From Candidatus Latescibacterota bacterium (lineage in GTDB: Bacteria > Latescibacterota > UBA2968 > UBA8231), in NCBI GenBank assembly GCA_965215195.1, contig CBDCDC010000002.1, forward strand, positions 4,448,001 to 4,512,000: a stretch of 64,000 bases of DNA, read 5' to 3'. Positions 1-9,076 of this stretch are shown here, one piece after another. Position 1 is the stretch's first letter; every line of letters begins with the position of its first letter. A program made the position numbers and the translations under genes. The notes below the pieces were generated by a model. That model saw only the letters and a program-made list of their open reading frames with translations. It ran no database searches and was not told the origin of the DNA.

Positions 1-859
1 CTCCAATGGCTTCCCAATCCATTTCCCCGGCATCGCGGCCATCCACGAGATAACCGAGCCAGTACATGTATGGACGAAGCTCGCGGATATACGACATCCG
101 GTTAGCATACGGAGGCGAAGTGATGACGCAATCGACTAAGTCGGCATCTTTTTTTGTTAGCCGGCGAGAGTCGGCGAGGTGGACGCGTACGCGACCCGCT
201 GGATTTTTCCTCGCTCCCCCCAGAACAAAGTTCAGGTTTTTGCTAAAAATTCCGCACAAGTCAATATCGAAATCAAAGGTCGTTTGAACGCCCGACTTAA
301 AGGACATGGATTGGTGATTAAAGGCAGCATTGGAGAGATGAATCAACGTCCGACAGAACGCGGCTAAAAGCAAAGAACGTTGCTTGGTCTGCTCGGCAAA
401 TCTGGTATTTATGGCACCTTTCAGGGCGCAAAGGAAATCGAGTGCGGTGGCATTCCACCACCGTTTAATGTTGTGCATGCGCGGTGCTGGCGCACTCGGC
501 GTCCTGCCGTGGCGAATGTCGTCAGAAACCGCATGGCCGACCTGAGTCAATTCGGCAATCACCTGTGTAGAATAAGTGTCGATCTTGGTGCGACTGAACC
601 AGACCAGAAAGGGATTGATTTCCACCGTGACTGCGGAGTGCCCGCGATATGCCGCGCAGAGAGCGGTCGTCCCGGTCCCGCAAAAAGGATCGAAAACATT
701 GATTCCAGAAATGCCTTCGTACGCTAGCAGGATTTCGTCGACAATTTTGAGCGAGTAGGCAGGAGTCAGGCGCAGCCAACCATGCCGCCCAGATTCGGCG
801 TTGTGCTTGTGAGTGTAATCTGCTCTTTGCGCGAGTGAGCGTCGAAGCCTCTCGGTCAT
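1..859 (-). CDS. DNA methyltransferase, N4-cytosine type (alpha motif order), partial at window edge
   Basis: Translated by hand, absent from the ORF track. The ATG at 859 overlaps the upstream stop (ATGA). Reads MTERLRRSLAQRADYTH..., with SAM-binding motif I VFDPFCGTGTT and catalytic VITSPPY (codon at 121) in the same frame. Confidence 0.9.
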   Translation of the reverse strand, partial: MTERLRRSLAQRADYTHKHNAESGRHGWLRLTPAYSLKIVDEILLAYEGISGINVFDPFCGTGTTALCAAYRGHSAVTVEINPFLVWFSRTKIDTYSTQVIAELTQVGHAVSDDIRHGRTPSAPAPRMHNIKRWWNATALDFLCALKGAINTRFAEQTKQRSLLLAAFCRTLIHLSNAAFNHQSMSFKSGVQTTFDFDIDLCGIFSKNLNFVLGGARKNPAGRVRVHLADSRRLTKKDADLVDCVITSPPYANRMSYIRELRPYMYWLGYLVDGRDAGEMDWEAIG

Positions 860-1662
860 GGCGATGGCTCCAGCAGTTTGCCGAGAATTGAGTCAATTTC
901 ACTTTTCAGGACATCCTGATTTCGGCTGAAAAATCCCGCCAAGTCGTAGCCGACTACCTCCCGCAGAAAACCGTAGGTCGATGACAAAGGATCTGATGTT
1001 CCGATTACACCGGTGAGGATGGACCACTTTCGAGCCCTGTATCGCAACAGGATGTCCGAGTCGATCTGCGTGGATAGGATTAAGGCGCAAGGTAGATAGG
1101 CTCGCACGTAGGCGTTCGTAGCGTTGACTATATCGGCGTTTTGCCTCTTGGAGTCCTTGCTTTTGTAGCCTTGGCGAATCTCGAATACAGTGCCCTTCAA
1201 GGTTGCAGATACGTCAGGATCCACGTTTACGAGGCTTGCCGAGTCCTTCATCCACTGGTGAAAACGCCTACGGGAGGCTTCGTCCCCGATCTTGTCCAAA
1301 ATTACCCTTCCGTCGAGGTGGAGCGTTCTCGTCTTGCCAGCGGACGTTGGGAGTTCATAAGACCAGTTCGCGTCTTCTGCAGAAAGCCCTAGGCAATCCT
1401 GCAAGATGGTGCGAACCAACTCTTCGCATCCGATCCCAATCTGCCTGTAAACGCTTGTCATACCGCCCGCTGCCTTATGTGCGGCGTACATCAACGGATT
1501 GTCAAGGCCGAACCAAGAATAGAAAGGATCGTTTCGATAAAGCTCTTGAAACTCGTCCAACGACAGGCCCTTATCTCTGCTTCCCCGTCCGAATTTTGGC
1601 CTGTACTCTGCGGATACTCGAATGCGTTTGAGCACAATCTGCAAGTATTTCTCGTCGTTCAA
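856..1662 (-). CDS. Putative type II restriction endonuclease
   Basis: TTG start at 1662 after AGGAAGG. PD-(D/E)XK-like LHLDGRV...VFEIRQGYKSKDSKRQNAD. Translationally coupled to the MTase and lower in GC than neighbours. Confidence 0.65.
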   Translation of the reverse strand: MNDEKYLQIVLKRIRVSAEYRPKFGRGSRDKGLSLDEFQELYRNDPFYSWFGLDNPLMYAAHKAAGGMTSVYRQIGIGCEELVRTILQDCLGLSAEDANWSYELPTSAGKTRTLHLDGRVILDKIGDEASRRRFHQWMKDSASLVNVDPDVSATLKGTVFEIRQGYKSKDSKRQNADIVNATNAYVRAYLPCALILSTQIDSDILLRYRARKWSILTGVIGTSDPLSSTYGFLREVVGYDLAGFFSRNQDVLKSEIDSILGKLLEPSP

Positions 1663-1676
1663 GAGTTCTCGCCTTC

Positions 1677-2072
1677 CTACTCGCGCTCGAATTTGAGTGC
1701 CGCCGAGTTCATGCAGTAGCGCCGGCCGGTCGGGCGAGGGCCGTCGGGGAAGACGTGGCCGAGGTGGGCGTCGCACTGGCTGCACAGCACTTCGGTGCGC
1801 ACCATGCCGTGGCTCGTGTCGCGCTCCTCGGCGACCTTGTCGGCCGCGATGGGCTGCCAGAAACTGGGCCAACCGGACCGCGAATCGTACTTGGTTGCAG
1901 AGTTGAACAGTTCGCTGCCGCAGCAGACGCAGCGATAGACGCCCGACTCCTTGTTGTCGCATAGCTCGCCGGTAAAGGCGCGCTCGGTGCCCTTCTGCCG
2001 CGTTATGTAGTACTGCTCTTCGGTGAGTTCCCGCCGCCACTCGGCATCGCTTTTGACGATTTTTTTGCTCAT
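1677..2072 (-). CDS. msrB: Peptide-methionine (R)-S-oxide reductase MsrB
   Basis: [36 protein letters not shown] and RYCMNS motifs. Confidence 0.97.
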   Translation of the reverse strand: MSKKIVKSDAEWRRELTEEQYYITRQKGTERAFTGELCDNKESGVYRCVCCGSELFNSATKYDSRSGWPSFWQPIAADKVAEERDTSHGMVRTEVLCSQCDAHLGHVFPDGPRPTGRRYCMNSAALKFERE

Positions 2073-2101
2073 CGCAGCATTCCTTTCTCTTGGGATAGTA
2101 C

Positions 2102-2575
2102 CTAATCGGCCAACTCGGCGTATTGCCCGCCGAAGAAGATCAGCGGTGCGCCGCTGCCTACCTCGCCGGCCACGCATTCGCCGATGAACATGTCGTGGTC
2201 GCCAGCGGCCGCGATTTCTACTAGCCGGCAGTCCACATAGGCCAAGGCGGCGGCCAAAATCGGTGCGCCGGTCTGGGCCACTTTGGTCGCCAGATCTGCA
2301 AAGTCCTTGGGGCCGCGCTGGGCAAAGCGCACGGAGAGGGCCTCCTGCTCCCGCTTGAGGATGTTGATGGCAAAGCCCTCGGCTTTTTGCAACAAGCCGT
2401 GCATGGACGCGCTTTTGTCGACCGAGACCACCACCAGCGGCGGCGACAGGGACAGGGACATGACCGCGTTGGCCGTCATGCCCCAAAGCTGGCCATCGCA
2501 GCAGGTGGTCACCACGGTGACGCCGGTGGCAAAGCGGCCCATAATCTGCCGCTGCAGCAGAGGATCAAACGCCAT
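2102..2575 (-). CDS. Flavin reductase family protein
   Basis: [25 protein letters not shown] and AGDHDMFIG motifs. Confidence 0.93.
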   Translation of the reverse strand: MAFDPLLQRQIMGRFATGVTVVTTCCDGQLWGMTANAVMSLSLSPPLVVVSVDKSASMHGLLQKAEGFAINILKREQEALSVRFAQRGPKDFADLATKVAQTGAPILAAALAYVDCRLVEIAAAGDHDMFIGECVAGEVGSGAPLIFFGGQYAELAD

Positions 2576-2593
2576 CGCACGGTTCCTTTCGCT

Positions 2594-3826
2594 TTAGTTC
2601 AGTGCGTTTTGATAGATGCGGGCCGCGTCGTCTGGTGCCACCGCGACCGGATTGGGTTCGAGCAAGCGCTGGACGCTCAGGGCGCTTTCGACCATCTGCG
2701 GAATGTCGGCGGTGCTTATCCCGGCCGCGCTCAGCGAGCCATAGGGAGTGTGCTGCCGCCGCAGCCCGTCGATCCACTCGGCCGCCAACTCCACCCCCTC
2801 CTCGCGGCTCTTGCCGCCCAGCGCCAGCCCGGCCGCCCCGGCGGCAAAGTAGTATTTGTCTGCTACGGCCGGGGCGTTGTGCCGCATCACCCCGGGCAAG
2901 ACGAGCGCCACGGCCGCGCCATGCGGCACGGGTGCGCCGCGCTCAAAGGAGACCTTTTCGATCCCGTAGCCGAGCGCGTGGCCGGCCCCGGTGTTGATTG
3001 GGCTCAACAGCAGCCCAGCGAGCAGGGCACAGTGCGCCATTTGATAGCGCGCGTTTGGATCGCCGCGGACTACGGCTTGCACGTACGCCGGGCAGCCCGC
3101 GGTCAGGGCGGCCCGCGCTACGGCGTCGCCAATGGCATTGCTCTTGGTGGAAGCCGTGCATTCGAGGGCATGCCCGAGGGCATCCAAGCCGGTGATCGCG
3201 GTCAATAGCGGCGGTAGGTCTTGGTGCAAACGCGGGTCCACCAGCGCGGCCTTGGGCTGTAAGTAGCTGCTGTACAAGGCCTTCTTGCCGGTTGCGTCGG
3301 CGATCACCGCCACCCGGCTGACCTCGCTCCCCGTGCCCGCTGTGGTCGGGATGCCGACGAGCGGAGCCAGCGGCGGTTTTTCGCACCGGTCAAAGCCAAA
3401 GTAATCGGCCACGGAGCCGCCACTGGCTGCGGTGCAGAGCGCGGCTTTGGCCGTGTCCATGGTGCTGCCTCCGCCCAAGGCGACAGCCACGTCGAAATCC
3501 GCAGCCGCCAGCACGTGCGCGCAGGCATCGACGCTTTGCACCGAGGGATTGGGCGCAATCTCCCTGTACGTGCCTACCACGTCTAAGCCGCCGAGGGCTT
3601 GGCGGACTAAATCGACGAGTGGGGCAATGCCCGGATCGTGGATTAGCAGCACCCGGCCCGCGCCGAGGCGGACGCACTCGGCCGCTAGCTGAGACAGAGC
3701 ACCCGCCCCGAATAGGACCCGCCGGTCGCGGAATTCAAACAGCTCTGCTAGCGCTGCGCGCCGACTTTCTGCGGCAAAATAGGCGCTGCCCGCTAGCAGG
3801 TCCTCGTTGATCTGCACACTGCCCAT
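2594..3826 (-). CDS. Iron-containing alcohol dehydrogenase
   Basis: GGGSTMDTAKA and IPTTAGTGSE; metal ligands in DALGHA, GHALG and PHG. Start taken at MGSVQ after an AGGAAGG RBS. Confidence 0.92.
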   Translation of the reverse strand: MGSVQINEDLLAGSAYFAAESRRAALAELFEFRDRRVLFGAGALSQLAAECVRLGAGRVLLIHDPGIAPLVDLVRQALGGLDVVGTYREIAPNPSVQSVDACAHVLAAADFDVAVALGGGSTMDTAKAALCTAASGGSVADYFGFDRCEKPPLAPLVGIPTTAGTGSEVSRVAVIADATGKKALYSSYLQPKAALVDPRLHQDLPPLLTAITGLDALGHALECTASTKSNAIGDAVARAALTAGCPAYVQAVVRGDPNARYQMAHCALLAGLLLSPINTGAGHALGYGIEKVSFERGAPVPHGAAVALVLPGVMRHNAPAVADKYYFAAGAAGLALGGKSREEGVELAAEWIDGLRRQHTPYGSLSAAGISTADIPQMVESALSVQRLLEPNPVAVAPDDAARIYQNALN

Positions 3827-3931
3827 TGTGGCCTTCCTCCATGTGTTGATGCGGCGAACCGAACCTTGTTGTGCGCCGGGGATTTGTGCAATATATACAC
3901 GGAACCGCAGCCCTACAAAAACGGAGCCTCC

Positions 3932-4693
3932 ATGACCCAAGACGCCGCCCAGACGTATGCCGAGCAGGGCTTTCTCACGGGCATTGACCTGTTCAGCACC
4001 AGCGAGATCGATCACTTCCGCGCCTGCTTCGACGAGCTGGAAGCTCGCGAGGGCCGAGAAAAGTGCCAGATCGGCCTCCAAGCCCGCCATCTCGACGAAG
4101 AATTCATCTGGCAGATGGCCACAGACCCACGCGTCCTCGACGCCATGCAGGAGGTCATGGGCGCGGACATCATGCTGCTCTCGACGCACTTCTTCTGCAA
4201 ATACCCCGACCCAGAGGCCAAGCACTTTGTGGCTTGGCATCAAGACGTCACTTATTGGGGGTTGCAGCCGCCCGAGGCCCACACCGCTTGGGTGGCCGTA
4301 GATGCCAGCGATGTGGAGAACGGCTGTATGCGGGTCATCCCCGGCTCGCACAAAAACGGCATTGCCACCCACGGCGAGGCGGCCAGAGCCGGCAACCTGC
4401 TCAGCATCAATCAGGAGATCCCCGACGAGCTCGTCGATGCCAGCCAAGCCGCCGATCTAGTGCTCGTACCGGGCCAGATATCCATCCACGATGGCCAGAT
4501 ATTCCACGCCAGCAACCCCAATACCTCCAATCGCCGCCGCTGCGGGCTGACGCTGCGCTACGTGGCCCCACATGTCGAGCAGGTCGAGCTCAACTCGCTG
4601 GGCAACAAGTATCCGACCATCTTGGTGCGCGGCGAGGACCGCTACGGCAACTTCCCCGAGCAATCCGTGCCCTTTGCCCTCGCTGCTCGATAA
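3932..4693 (+). CDS. Phytanoyl-CoA dioxygenase (PhyH) family Fe(II)/2OG dioxygenase
   Basis: WHQD, WVAVD, NGCMRVIPGSH and FHASNPNTSNRRR motifs. Confidence 0.93.
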   Translation: MTQDAAQTYAEQGFLTGIDLFSTSEIDHFRACFDELEAREGREKCQIGLQARHLDEEFIWQMATDPRVLDAMQEVMGADIMLLSTHFFCKYPDPEAKHFVAWHQDVTYWGLQPPEAHTAWVAVDASDVENGCMRVIPGSHKNGIATHGEAARAGNLLSINQEIPDELVDASQAADLVLVPGQISIHDGQIFHASNPNTSNRRRCGLTLRYVAPHVEQVELNSLGNKYPTILVRGEDRYGNFPEQSVPFALAAR

Positions 4694-4723
4694 TCCGCTT
4701 TACTATTACTAAAGGAATACACA

Positions 4724-5407
4724 ATGGCCCAGTACGACCGGATGGCCGTCCTCAACGCCATCTACGACACCGGTATTGTCCCGGTCTTTTACAACCAAGA
4801 CCCGGAAACCACCATCCACATCGTCGAAGCCTGCGCCCGCGGGGGTGCCCGCTGCGCTGAATTCACCAACCGCGGCGATTTGGCCTACCACGTCTTCACC
4901 GAGGCCGTGCGCCACGTGATGGCCGAGAAAGTCGAAATCATCATGGGCGTTGGCTCGATATGCGACGCGCCCACCGCCGCCCTCTACATTGCCAACGGCG
5001 CGAACTTCGTGGTCGGTCCCCTGTTCAACGAGGAGGTCGCCCGCCTGTGCAATCGCCGCAAAATTGCCTATTCGCCCGGCTGCGGCTCGGTCAGCGAAAT
5101 CGGCCAAGCCGAGGAGCTAGGCGTCGAGATCGTCAAGGTGTTCCCGGGCAGCGAAGTCGGCGGCCCGGCCTTCGTCAAATCCGTGCTCGGCCCCTGTCCT
5201 TGGACCCGCATCATGCCCACCGGCGGCGTTGATGCCACCCGCGAGAGCCTAGAGGCGTGGTTTACAGCCGGCGTTGCGGCCGTCGGCGCTGGGTCCAAGC
5301 TGATTACCAAAGAACTCGTCGCCGCCAAGGACTGGGATGGCTTGGCCGCCAAGGTCCGCCAGAGCGTCGATTGGATTCGGGAAATTCGCGCTGAGATGGA
5401 GAGCTAG
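4724..5407 (+). CDS. eda: KDPG/KHG aldolase family protein
   Basis: EFTNR, GVGSI, GANFVVGP, Schiff-base VKVFPG and MPTGGV. Confidence 0.88.
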   Translation: MAQYDRMAVLNAIYDTGIVPVFYNQDPETTIHIVEACARGGARCAEFTNRGDLAYHVFTEAVRHVMAEKVEIIMGVGSICDAPTAALYIANGANFVVGPLFNEEVARLCNRRKIAYSPGCGSVSEIGQAEELGVEIVKVFPGSEVGGPAFVKSVLGPCPWTRIMPTGGVDATRESLEAWFTAGVAAVGAGSKLITKELVAAKDWDGLAAKVRQSVDWIREIRAEMES

Positions 5408-5549
5408 CTCGGGGTCCTAACAGGAGGAATCCCGGCGGAGCTCAACTGTCTTTTCGCCGGCCTAACCTTGGCCAACGATGCTTTACACCCCGCGCTCGTC
5501 GGCGATGGTCTGGGCGCTGCTGCCAAAATCGAGTTACTTTGCCGAGGAA

Positions 5550-6353
5550 ATGACCATGGTCTTGACGCAGGCGCAAAAAATCCACTTTGAACAACAGGGC
5601 TACCTGCCCTATCACCGGATCCTCTCCGACAGCGAAGTACAGGCCTTGCGCCAGCGCAGCGAGCAGATCGCCCGCGGCCAAGCCGACCATGTGCCGCCGA
5701 GCTACATCCAGTTGGAAGCCGCTTTCCGCGAGGGAGACGGTGCTGGCGTGGATCGCCTCGATCAAGTGCGCAAGATGACCCACCTGTGCTATTTCGATCC
5801 CCTCTTTGAGGCCGTGGCCCGCAAGGCGGCCATCGTCGATGTTATCGAGGATTTGCTCGGTCCCAACATCAAACTCTACTGCGACCAGTTGATGATGAAA
5901 GCGCGCTATCACGGCACGGTCACCGACTGGCACCAAGATTCAGTGGCTTGGCCCCAGTTTGCCCCGCAAGACCACGTTTCCTGCTGGGTCGCCCTCGACG
6001 ATGCCACCGTGGAAAACGGCTGCATGACGGTGTTGCCGAGCAGCCATAAATGGGGGCCTATCAATCCGGCGCACAAAGCTCGTTTCCTAGCCAATCCCCT
6101 GATCCCCGAACCCGTGCCAGTGGAATTGCCGGCCGGGTCCTGCTTGTTCCACCACGGCCTCAACTTCCACCGCACCGGTGCCAATCCGACTCCCAACCGG
6201 CGGCGCGGCCTAGCCCTGCACTATCTCCGCTCGGAGACCATGTACCTCGGCGTTGCAAGCGAGGAACAGCGCCTGATGATGGAGTGCGAAAAGCCGCCCG
6301 GCGAATTTCGCTTTATGTTGATCCGGGGGCGCGAATTCGACGGGCGGGTGTAG
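5550..6353 (+). CDS. Phytanoyl-CoA dioxygenase (PhyH) family protein
   Basis: WHQDS, WVALDDATVENGCM and FHRTGANPTPNRRR motifs. Confidence 0.93.
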   Translation: MTMVLTQAQKIHFEQQGYLPYHRILSDSEVQALRQRSEQIARGQADHVPPSYIQLEAAFREGDGAGVDRLDQVRKMTHLCYFDPLFEAVARKAAIVDVIEDLLGPNIKLYCDQLMMKARYHGTVTDWHQDSVAWPQFAPQDHVSCWVALDDATVENGCMTVLPSSHKWGPINPAHKARFLANPLIPEPVPVELPAGSCLFHHGLNFHRTGANPTPNRRRGLALHYLRSETMYLGVASEEQRLMMECEKPPGEFRFMLIRGREFDGRV

Positions 6354-6454
6354 GACTTGTCATAAGCGCCGGATAGCCTGACTATCAGCAATAAGCAACG
6401 CTCTCCCGCGCCAACTTCAATACTTGCCAATCGCAACGACATTCAACGTACTTA

Positions 6455-7000
6455 GACCTTTTCGCGGTCTGGGATTATAAGCTAAGGGAGTCAACCCCCA
6501 AACAGGGCCGGGTGATGGCCCTCAATGATGGTAGGGGAGCTTTTAAGCCCGTGCGCGTAGAGCAGGTTGTTAGCACGGTGGCCGTCGGCCCCGATGGGCT
6601 GCCCCGCGGGGTGCTGTTGGAGGTGCTGGCTGGCGATTTGACCGGCGATGGCCGAGACGAGATCGTGCTCTCTAGAAGCAGTGAGACCGCGACTGCGGTT
6701 TGGTCTGTGGGGCCGAAACTCCAAATCGACTTGGCCGAAGGCGTCAAGGGCTTAGTGGTGCAGCGCAGGGGAGCCGGGGATGGGATAGAAGCGGAGGTGC
6801 TGTATGACGAGCGGCTGTTTCTGCACTCGTCGGTGGTGGTGCGCGACTTGAATGCCGATGGGGTGGAGGACTGGGTGTTCATCGGCGGGGATCGGGCGTC
6901 GGGTTTTGGGGTGTCGGTCTATAATTTGGGCGTCAATGTCGTGGTGTACGCGTTGACGCGGGAGGGATCATTGGCACGGCAATTAGTCGCTGCGGACTGA
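6455..7000 (+). pseudogene. 5'-truncated FG-GAP repeat protein remnant with a DUF4159-like C-terminal tail
   Basis: FG-GAP-like units (DLFAV, GDLTGDGRDEIV, DLNADGVEDWV) with no signal peptide or credible start. Ends abruptly in YNLGVNVVVYALTREGSLARQL. Confidence 0.55.
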
Positions 7001-7017
7001 GTACTTCAGGTATAAAA

Positions 7018-7806
7018 ATGCAAAAAAAAGGCGTTTCCTTTTCCGTTTTCACCAAAATGTGGAAAGACAAATCTCCAACCGAACTCGGAGAGTTTGTACT
7101 CGATCTGGGCTTCGACGGCATTGAACTGCCCGTGCGTGCGGATTATCCAGTGCCCCCCGAAAATGTTGGACACGACTTGCCCAAAGCGGCCAAGGAACTC
7201 GGCGCTTTGGGTGTCGCCATTACCAGTGTGGCCGGACCGACGGACGAAGCAACCATTGCGGCTTGCGGCGCTGCCGGAGTTCCGGTCATTCGCACCTGTC
7301 CAGCCATTGCTAGCGGAGGGTATTTGGCCAGCGTGGAAGGTCACCAGCGAGCCTTTGACGCCCTGATTCCCTTGCTCGACAAACACGGGGTCGCTTTGGG
7401 CATCCAAAATCACGAAGACCAATGGGTGTGCAATGCCATGGGCATTAAGCACCTAATTGACCGCTACGATCCCAGCCATATCTGCGCCATACCCTGTGCC
7501 GGGCACACTGCTCTCAACGGAGAATCCCCCGAGATGGCGATCGATATCGTCTGGTCGCATCTGTCCCAGTTCAAGCTCAAGAATGCGTACTGGCGGCGGC
7601 AGACCGGACCGGAAGCGGAAAACGTGGAGTGGCGTCCTTATTGGACCACGGGACGGCAGGGACTGGCTTCGTGGCCGCGGTCGGTCGCGGAACTGAAGCG
7701 AAGGGGCTTTAGCGGTGTCGTCTGCATGGATGCCGAATACCACGATGCAGCCTCCACACAGCGACTCCTCGCCGAAGACCTAACCTTCGCCAAATCTTTG
7801 TTTTGA
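7018..7806 (+). CDS. Sugar phosphate isomerase/epimerase (AP endonuclease 2 TIM barrel)
   Basis: LGFDGIELPVR, IQNH and GFSGVVCMDAEY. Confidence 0.88.
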   Translation: MQKKGVSFSVFTKMWKDKSPTELGEFVLDLGFDGIELPVRADYPVPPENVGHDLPKAAKELGALGVAITSVAGPTDEATIAACGAAGVPVIRTCPAIASGGYLASVEGHQRAFDALIPLLDKHGVALGIQNHEDQWVCNAMGIKHLIDRYDPSHICAIPCAGHTALNGESPEMAIDIVWSHLSQFKLKNAYWRRQTGPEAENVEWRPYWTTGRQGLASWPRSVAELKRRGFSGVVCMDAEYHDAASTQRLLAEDLTFAKSLF

Positions 7807-7867
7807 GCGGGCCCCGACAAACCGCTCCACCGCAGCGGCGATCACAGCAGTGAACCTAGACCCCAAC

Positions 7868-8863
7868 TTATCCGGCGCGAAACCCCACTTCGACCCCATC
7901 CCCTATATCGACGGTGGCTCGCAGCACTCGGGGCCGCACTAACTCCGCTGTCTGCGCTACGCCGTCGATCCATATACGGGGAAAGTTGCACCAAGCCGCC
8001 GGCACTTCCGCTTCAAAGGTCAGCTCCTTGCAAGCCACGCCTGCGGGCAGATCGGTGAAAGAAATTTGATACCGTTGCTCATCGGCACTGTCGCCAACAA
8101 CGTCAATGGCGGCATGACGCCGGCTCAGATGATAGAACACGACTTCTTCGGGCACGGCGCACCAGACTTCGTCGCCGCCCTCTGCAAGCACCGTTTCCAA
8201 GCGCTTGCGCAGCTGGGCTGCGGAGCAATCCTTGTTGATGTGGATGGGCACTTCGAGCGGGCAGTGGCAGTAATCGATGACCCAACCGCAGTACTGGCGG
8301 GCGGGGAGAATGTTGCGGAAGGGATCGTGTTTGCTGAAGAAAGGAGGGGGGTATTCGTGGATCAGAGGACTGCGGTCGAGCCAATAGCACTCGTCCGCAG
8401 GTCGATTTATTCCCTCCCTGATGCTCATGGCACCCAAATAGCCGAGTTGGCGGCAGGCCTCGAGAATGTGTGGGGCCATATTGCGGTTGTTGCCGGGGGC
8501 ACAATACAGCGGCACCGGCGCGTCAATGGCTTGCTCTAAAACCTCCTTGGCCACGCGCAGCTCCTGATCGACCATCTCGGGTGCGATAAAGCCGTGAGTC
8601 CACGAGTGATTGCCGACGCCCCAGCCGCGCGCGATCAGGTCTTTGAGCTCCTCGGCATTCATGTGCCGGTAGCCATTGAAGCTCGACCCGGCGACCCGGC
8701 GCACTTCCCCCATTTGCCCGACGACCACTTCCAAGTGCCCGGGAATACCGCATTCTTCGTGATAGGGCACGGCAAAACGGTGCAAATCGACTAGGGCCTC
8801 GTCGTAGGTAATGGAGTAAACCCAGCGTTTGCCGTATTTCCAATCGCAAATGCGCAGCGACAT
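7868..8863 (-). CDS. Polysaccharide deacetylase (NodB/CE4-like) family protein, paralog A
   Basis: SITYDEA and GNHSWTH metal-binding motifs. Confidence 0.8.
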   Translation of the reverse strand: MSLRICDWKYGKRWVYSITYDEALVDLHRFAVPYHEECGIPGHLEVVVGQMGEVRRVAGSSFNGYRHMNAEELKDLIARGWGVGNHSWTHGFIAPEMVDQELRVAKEVLEQAIDAPVPLYCAPGNNRNMAPHILEACRQLGYLGAMSIREGINRPADECYWLDRSPLIHEYPPPFFSKHDPFRNILPARQYCGWVIDYCHCPLEVPIHINKDCSAAQLRKRLETVLAEGGDEVWCAVPEEVVFYHLSRRHAAIDVVGDSADEQRYQISFTDLPAGVACKELTFEAEVPAAWCNFPRIWIDGVAQTAELVRPRVLRATVDIGDGVEVGFRAG

Positions 8864-8926
8864 AATCAATCCTTTGCAGCGAACGATTTTTAGCCAGTTG
8901 TCGTACTGCGACTCTAACTCAGAAAC

Positions 8927-9075
8927 CTAAGTACACGACCGTAGGGCCTTACCCTCGGATCGAGGGCATCTTGCCCTCGTCGAGGGCGGGACGCCCTCGA
9001 TCCCGGACCCAGCGGAAACAGCAGAAAAGGCGTACTCAAAGTAAGGGGCGCCTACTTTAGGTGTCGTGTAGTTAG
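8927..9075. mobile_element. MITE, 149 bp, with 13-bp TIRs and a 9-bp target-site duplication
   Basis: Left end CTAAGTACACGAC (8927-8939); right end GTCGTGTAGTTAG (9063-9075, one mismatch). Direct repeat CTCAGAAAC at 8918-8926 and 9076-9084. No coding capacity. Confidence 0.85.
8957..9003. repeat. Inverted pair of REP-like palindromes (REPIN/BIME-like)
   Basis: GGATCGAGGGCATCTTGCCCTCG-T-CGAGGGCGGGACGCCCTCGATCC; a related copy GGAGCGAGGGCGTCTCGCCCTCG lies at 39971-39993. Confidence 0.75.
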
Positions 9076-9076
9076 C

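Noticed and set aside
66-902. Short ORFs listed in the track over 1-900
   Set aside because: They are shadows of the minus-strand methyltransferase, which has clear motifs.
1663-2040. N-terminal 126 aa of the 394-aa ORF 856-2040
   Set aside because: It overlaps msrB in another frame. The real start is probably the TTG at 1662, which has an RBS and coincides with the GC shift.
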